Shown one piece after another: positions 58,720 through 64,000 of a DNA stretch of 64,000 nt. A program made the translations under genes and the position numbers. Source of the DNA: Deltaproteobacteria bacterium (GTDB taxonomy: Bacteria > Desulfobacterota > Desulfarculia > JACQYL01); the NCBI GenBank assembly GCA_016208165.1, contig JACQYL010000053.1:21447-85446 (forward strand), read 5' to 3'. The notes below the pieces were generated by a model. That model saw only the letters and a list, made by a program, of their open reading frames with translations. It was not told the origin of the DNA and searched no databases. Position 1 is the stretch's first letter; the number at the start of each line of letters is the position of its first letter.

Positions 58720-58941
58720 CTAAGGCATGGCGATCGAGATCTCGCGCAGAAGTCTCAACGATTCTTGCGCTTCCTGTTCATCTACTTTGTGGATGGCGAA
58801 ACCCGCGTGTACGATGACGTAGTCCCCCACACACAATTGATCCATGAGCAGGGTGGAAATCTTCAACCGGTTCCCACCCATATCGACCTGCGCAAAATCC
58901 TGTTCAATTGAAATAATTCTGGCGGGTATTGCAAGGCACAC
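58720..58941 (-). CDS. hypC: Hydrogenase maturation factor HypC/HupF
   Basis: GTG start gives MCLAIPARIISIEQ..., the hallmark MCLAIP N-terminus. About 74 aa. Confidence 0.8.
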   Translation of the reverse strand: MCLAIPARIISIEQDFAQVDMGGNRLKISTLLMDQLCVGDYVIVHAGFAIHKVDEQEAQESLRLLREISIAMP

Positions 58942-58970
58942 TCTGCGACCTCCCCCTGCGGGCATGCGAA

Positions 58971-59522
58971 TCAGCACGCTTCCTCGTCCCCAAAGGGAAA
59001 GCAAATCCGACCTTCCCCGCGGTTTTCTTCCGTTTTCGTTTCTGGAAATATGCCCCAGCGTCCCAGTTGATCCAGGGCCAGTCGTTCCAACCGTTCAATA
59101 CTCTCTCGGACGGGCGGCGTCAAGCCGATGCCCCAGGGTTCGATATCCAGTGGTTCCACTCCCACAACCACGGTTTCAGGCCGCTCTCCGACGAGACCCG
59201 CCAAAGTGAGTGTTTCCATCAAATCCGTCTGATGAAGCGAGTTTTTGGCGCGTATGTGAAAAGGGAGGTCTTCGTACTCGAGCAAGTACGTATCCCCGGG
59301 CGTTCCCCGGTTTTTGACGGCATCGAACACCAGGAGGCGTTCGGTCTGCGTAACCACGGACAAGAGACTTAAACCCAGTGTACCGCCGTCCACGATTTCC
59401 ACATAATCCGGAAAGACATATTTCCTTTCGAAGCGCTGGGCCATGAATACACCGACGCCCTCGTCCTTTAACAGGACGTTTCCGACTCCCAAGATGGTGA
59501 TTTTGCGATGCAATGCGTTCAT
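58971..59522 (-). CDS. Hydrogenase maturation endopeptidase (HyaD/HybD/HupD family)
   Basis: ITILGVGNVLLKDEGVGVF...VDGGTLGLSLL conserved motifs. Start taken at MNALHRK. Confidence 0.85.
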   Translation of the reverse strand: MNALHRKITILGVGNVLLKDEGVGVFMAQRFERKYVFPDYVEIVDGGTLGLSLLSVVTQTERLLVFDAVKNRGTPGDTYLLEYEDLPFHIRAKNSLHQTDLMETLTLAGLVGERPETVVVGVEPLDIEPWGIGLTPPVRESIERLERLALDQLGRWGIFPETKTEENRGEGRICFPFGDEEAC

Positions 59523-59640
59523 CGTGCTTTCAGCCGTGTAAGAAGAGGATCTCACAAACAGCCGCCCCCGGCCTCCCCATTGGGTGGGAAAACATCATAA
59601 CCGGGGGCGACAAGATGAAATAATTTCACCAACGATCGAA

Positions 59641-61278
59641 CTATAGCACCTTGACTTTGTACACCTCATTGGTATGGGGATCGATCACATGAACCGCACA
59701 AGCGATGCATGGGTCGAAAGAATGCACGGTGCGCAGAATTTCCAGCGGTTTTTTCGGGTCCGCAATGGGCGTTCCGATCAACGCCTCTTCCACCGGTCCT
59801 AAAATGTCCTTGGCGCAACGGGGGCCCAGATTCCAGGTGGAAGGCACGACCATCTGGTAGTTTTTAATTTTCTTGTCCTTGATATCCACCCAATGTCCCA
59901 ATGCGCCTCGAGGCACATCGTTCAGACCCATTCCCATGCCGTCCTTCCACGCATAGGACTGATATGTTTTCGTATCGCCTTTTTTGATCAGGTCGATCAG
60001 CTCGTTGGTCCAGTCCACCATGGCGTCGGCAATGAGTTTCGTATTGATGGCCCGCGCGGCGGTACGGCCCAGGGTGGAGAACAATGCGGTGGCCGGGATG
60101 TCCAACGTCTGGAGTACGCTGTCCACCGTGGCTTTGGCTTGAGGATGTCCGCTCCCGTAGGCCACCAGGAGGCGTGCCAGGGGACCGACTTCGCAGGCTT
60201 TGCCGTCGTAACGGGGGGCCTTCAGCCAGCTATACCGGTCATCGACATCCATTTTCGTGTATTTGGGCTTTGTTTCGCCTTTGGACGGATGCAGGGTGCC
60301 GTTCCCTTCGTACCAGGAGTGGCGAACGTGTTCCATGATCTTACCGGGGTCGACCGCCCCTACGGAGGCGATATCCCGATTGAAGATGACGCCGCGCGGC
60401 AGGAAGAGACTGTCGGGCTCCACGTCCGTTTGAGGGAATTCGCCATACGCCAGGAAGTTGGTCGTGCCTCCGATGGCGCCCCAGTCTTTGTAGAAGCCGG
60501 CTACGGCCAATATATCAGGGATGTATACATTGTCGATAAAGCTCTTTATCTCTTTGAGCAGGAACATGAAGTGGGCCACCCGGTCCGCGTTCAGATCGGC
60601 TCCGCAGGTTACGCCACCCACGGTCAGGCTCTGAATGTGGGGGTTCTTGGCGCCGAATATGGCGTGCAATTGCGCCGCCTTCACTTGCATCTTGAGCAGA
60701 TCCAAATAGTGCTTTGCGGCCATCAAGTTCGCTTCCGGTGGAAGTTTGTAGGCCGGGTGTCCCCAATACGCATTGGCGAAAGGCCCAAGTTGCCCGCTGG
60801 CTACGAAGGCCTTCAGCCTGTCTTTGACCGCCTCGAATTCCTTCACACCGGAGCCGGGGGCCGTGCTGACAGCGGCGGCCAGGTCCGCTGTTTTCTTGGG
60901 ATCGGCTTCCAGCGCATTGACCACATCCACCCAATCAAGGGCGCTCAGGGCATAAAAGTGTACCGGGTGATCGTGCAGATACTGGGCTCCCATCATGATG
61001 TTGCGCAGCAATCGGGCCATATTGGGGATCTTGATATCCAAAGCATCGTCCACGCATCGGACGCTCGCCAGACCGTGCACATAGGTACAAACACCGCAGG
61101 CGCGCTGCGTAAAGAGCCAGGCGTCGCGGGGGTCCCGGCCCTGAAGAATCATTTCTATTCCTCTGAATAACGTACCGGAACTCCAGGCATTCTTGACCTT
61201 TCCGTTCTCTACTTCAACCTCGATTCTGAGGTGTCCTTCTATTCTGGTAATCGGATCAACGACGATTCTGTTCGCCAT
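59641..61278 (-). CDS. [NiFe] hydrogenase large subunit
   Basis: N-terminal RIEGHLRIE...RACGVCTYVH with the first CxxC Ni-ligand pair. C-terminal DPCIACAVH Ni-ligand pair with protease cleavage His. Confidence 0.95.
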   Translation of the reverse strand: MANRIVVDPITRIEGHLRIEVEVENGKVKNAWSSGTLFRGIEMILQGRDPRDAWLFTQRACGVCTYVHGLASVRCVDDALDIKIPNMARLLRNIMMGAQYLHDHPVHFYALSALDWVDVVNALEADPKKTADLAAAVSTAPGSGVKEFEAVKDRLKAFVASGQLGPFANAYWGHPAYKLPPEANLMAAKHYLDLLKMQVKAAQLHAIFGAKNPHIQSLTVGGVTCGADLNADRVAHFMFLLKEIKSFIDNVYIPDILAVAGFYKDWGAIGGTTNFLAYGEFPQTDVEPDSLFLPRGVIFNRDIASVGAVDPGKIMEHVRHSWYEGNGTLHPSKGETKPKYTKMDVDDRYSWLKAPRYDGKACEVGPLARLLVAYGSGHPQAKATVDSVLQTLDIPATALFSTLGRTAARAINTKLIADAMVDWTNELIDLIKKGDTKTYQSYAWKDGMGMGLNDVPRGALGHWVDIKDKKIKNYQMVVPSTWNLGPRCAKDILGPVEEALIGTPIADPKKPLEILRTVHSFDPCIACAVHVIDPHTNEVYKVKVL

Positions 61279-61315
61279 GGGGTATCCTCCTCCTTTTCGG
61301 CATGATCGGCCTCGG

Positions 61316-62245
61316 CTACTTGGCTACATAAAAGGGAGTCATCTTATCCCAGAACTCGGGCTCGCTGCATCCGATGCAAGGATGCCCGGCTTCAATGGGC
61401 CAACTGATTCCCTGATTGAATTTGACCGTAGGACAGTTGTTATAGGTTTCCGGACCCTTGCAGCCGAGTTCGTACAGGCAGTAGCCGTTCAAGTGACCTG
61501 CGTCACCGAATTCCTTGGCGAAGTAACCTCCTTCGTAGCTGGCCCTTCGTTGGCAACGATCATGGATGGTTTGTCCATAGGCGAAAAGAGGACGACTCAA
61601 ATTGTCCAGTGCCGGAAGACTTCCGAGAACTATGGCATGGACAATGGTGGCCACCATGTTGATGGTGTTGGGTGGGCAACCCGGAATGTTGATGGTCTTG
61701 ATTCCCAGAGCATCCTGTATGGATTTTGCTCCGCTTGGATTGGGTTTGGCGGCCGGAAGTCCGCCGAAAGAGGCGCACGCGCCGACGCAGATCGTTGCAG
61801 CGGCCTTGCTGGTGATATCCTTCGCAATATCGATCATCGGCCTGCCCGCGATCATGCCGTAACCCTCTTTGGTGGGAAGGGCTCCGTCGATGATACAGAA
61901 AAACTTACCTTTGTTCTTCTCGGCGGTATCCATGAGCACCTCTTCAGCCTGGTGTCCGGCGGCCGCCATGATCGTCTCGCTGTAATCCAGGGAAATTACG
62001 TCCAAAATAAGATCCCCGATGCTCGGGTAAGTAGTGCGGATGAACGATTCCGCGCAGCCGGTGCATTCGGAAAACGCCAGCCAAATCACCGACGGTCTTG
62101 CGGCAGTCATTGCGTCAGCAACCTTTTCCGCCATGGTTACGGGAAGGCCGAGAGTTGCGGTAATCAATCCGCAATATTTCACAAAATCTCGCCGGCTAAT
62201 GCCCCGCTTTTCTGCATTCTGGCCCAGGATTTCATCCCTTGACAT
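61316..62245 (-). CDS. [NiFe] hydrogenase small subunit, Tat-exported (periplasmic)
   Basis: Twin-arginine motif GISRRDFVKYCG. Proximal/medial/distal FeS Cys pattern. Start taken at MSRDEILGQ (62245), preceded by an AGGAGGTG RBS. The longer ORF-finder N-terminus is probably not translated. Confidence 0.9.
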   Translation of the reverse strand: MSRDEILGQNAEKRGISRRDFVKYCGLITATLGLPVTMAEKVADAMTAARPSVIWLAFSECTGCAESFIRTTYPSIGDLILDVISLDYSETIMAAAGHQAEEVLMDTAEKNKGKFFCIIDGALPTKEGYGMIAGRPMIDIAKDITSKAAATICVGACASFGGLPAAKPNPSGAKSIQDALGIKTINIPGCPPNTINMVATIVHAIVLGSLPALDNLSRPLFAYGQTIHDRCQRRASYEGGYFAKEFGDAGHLNGYCLYELGCKGPETYNNCPTVKFNQGISWPIEAGHPCIGCSEPEFWDKMTPFYVAK

Positions 62246-62660
62246 TGCCCACCTCCTTGGTGAAGTTAGCTTTAGGAACAGATGCAACCGCAGTTTCGGT
62301 GCCGCAAGAAACCGCATCGCGATGTGACTTCGTGTTATCCGTCGGTTTTCCATCACCACCTTTACTGAATAGAATACGAAGCTGCGCAATATTGTATACA
62401 GGAAAGATCCGTTTATGGTCAATTAATTTGTGTTTAGACGAAAGGAGGGAAAATTGCAGGGGTGAGGTGGCCTATCAAGCCGGCTTTCTCTGAACCCGCT
62501 TCAAACTCCTTAGACGGGATAGTAACGGCAAATATTCAGGAATCGGCACTTCGGAATCATTCGTCCGCGGGAAGTCTCACGACCATGGATTCCGCGTGTC
62601 TGCGTTCGGCCGCACGGACACCGGCCCGATTACACTTTTTAGTATTTCAAAGGAGAGCCC

Positions 62661-63242
62661 ATGCCCAACGAGGCACAAACGCACACTGACTACAGGAACG
62701 ATCCTTCGATGGGTGCGAGTTTCTTCGCAGGAAACACTTGCGACGTGGCTCGATCGCTGATCGGCGCCATACTGAGGGTGGGTTCCTGCGCCGGCGCGAT
62801 TGTGGAAGTGGAAGCGTATAGAGCGGACGCCGCCTCCCACGCCGTCACCCGCCCACGCCAAGGGGCCATGCTGAAGGACACGTATGGGCGGATCTACGTT
62901 TACCTGATCTATGGCATGCATCATTGTTTGAACATCACCACCGAGCGAGAAGGCGTTGGCGCCGTTCTGATCCGGGCTGTCGAGCCTCTCGAAGGCCTGA
63001 CTCAGATGCGTCTGCGGCGCGGATGCGACAAGCTCTTGAACCTCACCAACGGTCCCGGAAAGCTCTGCCAGGCTTTCGGCATCGACCGCTCTTATCACGG
63101 AGAAATGGTGGGACAACGGCTCAGCATCCATCCCCCGCAACGGCCCTTTCCCGTAAGTCAGGGACCCCGGATCGGGATACGAAAAGCGACCGAGCTTCCT
63201 TGGAGATATTTCGTACCCGGCAATCGTTTTGTCAGCCGTTAG
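62661..63242 (+). CDS. DNA-3-methyladenine glycosylase (MPG/AAG family)
   Basis: FF.....VAR.LIGA.L......G.IVEVEAY...D.ASHA......M....G..YVY.IYGMHHC.N..TE..G.G.AVLIRA.EP pattern typical of bacterial Mpg. Confidence 0.85.
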   Translation: MPNEAQTHTDYRNDPSMGASFFAGNTCDVARSLIGAILRVGSCAGAIVEVEAYRADAASHAVTRPRQGAMLKDTYGRIYVYLIYGMHHCLNITTEREGVGAVLIRAVEPLEGLTQMRLRRGCDKLLNLTNGPGKLCQAFGIDRSYHGEMVGQRLSIHPPQRPFPVSQGPRIGIRKATELPWRYFVPGNRFVSR

Positions 63243-63385
63243 AAAGCAATCTTCTTTACAAGGGATGAGCCGGAAGACTATAGTTCATGCGATTTTTTTG
63301 ACCAGACGGGGCCGGGGCGACACGGATCCGGGAGCATGGATCGATCCCTGGACAGGGCCTCCAATCTATGAAATAGACGGATCTT

Positions 63386-64000
63386 ATGTCCGAACACTCA
63401 AATCCAACGGATTCCGCCTCAGAGCCGGTGCTTGCCGGCGACGTGGGAGGCACGAAGGTGAATCTGGGGCTGTTCTCTCGGGTGAACGGCCGGCCGGTTC
63501 CGATTCGGAAAGGCACTTTCTCGAGCCGCGAATACGATGGTCTGGAGGGGATCCTCGAGCAGTTTTTGAAAACCACCGACGTTTCCTGCCGCAAATGCTG
63601 CATCGGGGTGGCCGGCCCGGTGGTCAACGGCAGGTGCTTCACGACCAACATGCCCTGGGTGGTCAGTGAACAGGAGATCAGGTCCCGGTTCGGATTTGAT
63701 TCGGTGGAACTCGTCAACGATCTGGTAGCCACAGCCGAAGCCGTGCCGATACTGGAGAAGAAGGACCTGCACGATCTAAACGCGGGTCTGGAACACAAGA
63801 AACAGAATATCGGATTGATTGCCGCGGGTACGGGGCTCGGGGAAGCGTTCCTTCTGTGGAGCGGCGACCGGCACGTGGCCCAGGCATCCGAAGGGGGACA
63901 CGCGGATTTTGCTCCGACCAATCCATTGCAGGTCGAGCTTTGGCACGAGCTTCGGAAGAAATTCACCCATGTGAGTATCGAACGTGTGCTTTCGGGGCCG
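63386..64000 (+). CDS. glk: Glucokinase (Glk family), 5' partial; runs off the window end
   Basis: Manual translation from ATG 63386 gives LAGDVGGTKVNLGLF...CIGVAGPV...TNMPW...NDLVA...GTGLGEAFL...EGGHADFAP...ERVLSGP, all hallmark Glk motifs. Not in the ORF track because no stop is reached. Confidence 0.85.
   Translation, partial: MSEHSNPTDSASEPVLAGDVGGTKVNLGLFSRVNGRPVPIRKGTFSSREYDGLEGILEQFLKTTDVSCRKCCIGVAGPVVNGRCFTTNMPWVVSEQEIRSRFGFDSVELVNDLVATAEAVPILEKKDLHDLNAGLEHKKQNIGLIAAGTGLGEAFLLWSGDRHVAQASEGGHADFAPTNPLQVELWHELRKKFTHVSIERVLSGP

Noticed and set aside
59893-62242. Long plus-strand ORFs (425 aa and 349 aa) antisense to the hydrogenase large and small subunit genes
   Set aside because: No recognisable domains. 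They are fully nested opposite genes with unambiguous NiFe-hydrogenase signatures, a typical high-GC antisense artefact.
1-64000. CRISPR arrays, tRNA/rRNA genes, transposases or integrases
   Set aside because: No regularly spaced direct repeats, no tRNA-like T-arm/acceptor signatures and no transposase- or integrase-like ORFs were seen. The only repeat structure is the 15-bp direct repeat pair at 3825/4237.

Overview
This is a 64 kb high-GC window that looks like a Deltaproteobacteria/Desulfobacterota-type chromosome; taxonomy is inferred from gene content only. It is densely coding on both strands.

Coding content, left to right:
- LarC-like nickel insertase, then Lon protease.
- A REC-TPR-kinase-like protein whose receiver and kinase catalytic motifs are both degenerate.
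- An aldo/keto reductase, then a complete-looking arginine succinyltransferase block (M20 hydrolase, astA, astD, astB).
- A GAF/PAS histidine kinase and a stand-alone EF-G paralog.
- A HEAT-repeat protein and a small lipoprotein.
- About 20.1-30.3 kb, all on the minus strand: a nine-gene cluster. It combines a Gram-positive-style flavin-based electron-transfer/flavinylation module with a Gram-negative porin-multiheme-cytochrome conduit. The flavin module is a NusG-domain-II protein, a Gx-transporter fused to an ECF T-component-like domain, an ApbE flavin transferase and an FMN-binding protein with the flavinylation motif. The conduit is a quinol-oxidising cytochrome b, a triheme and an octaheme cytochrome c, an outer-membrane beta-barrel and an 11-heme lipoprotein cytochrome. 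This is the most unusual system in the window.
- Downstream of that: a nitronate monooxygenase/FabK-like gene, a CbiZ-like gene, and a periplasmic (Tat) molybdo-iron-sulfur oxidoreductase pair with an amidohydrolase.
- About 33.9-56 kb: a large glycan/envelope locus with GT-C, GT-B and GT2 transferases, a Wzx flippase, a PKD-domain secreted protein, an NPCBM-domain membrane protein, two radical-SAM/SPASM enzymes, an epimerase and methyltransferases.
- About 56.8-62.2 kb: a periplasmic [NiFe] hydrogenase operon (small and large subunits, maturation protease, HypC) with an Frd/Sdh/NadB-like flavoprotein.
- A 3-methyladenine DNA glycosylase and the 5' part of glucokinase at the right edge.

Three genes are visibly disrupted. 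The wzx flippase carries a frameshift. A GT2 glycosyltransferase carries an in-frame amber codon. A flavodoxin-like oxidoreductase has an internal out-of-frame deletion. No rRNA, tRNA, CRISPR array or obvious transposase/integrase was recognised.
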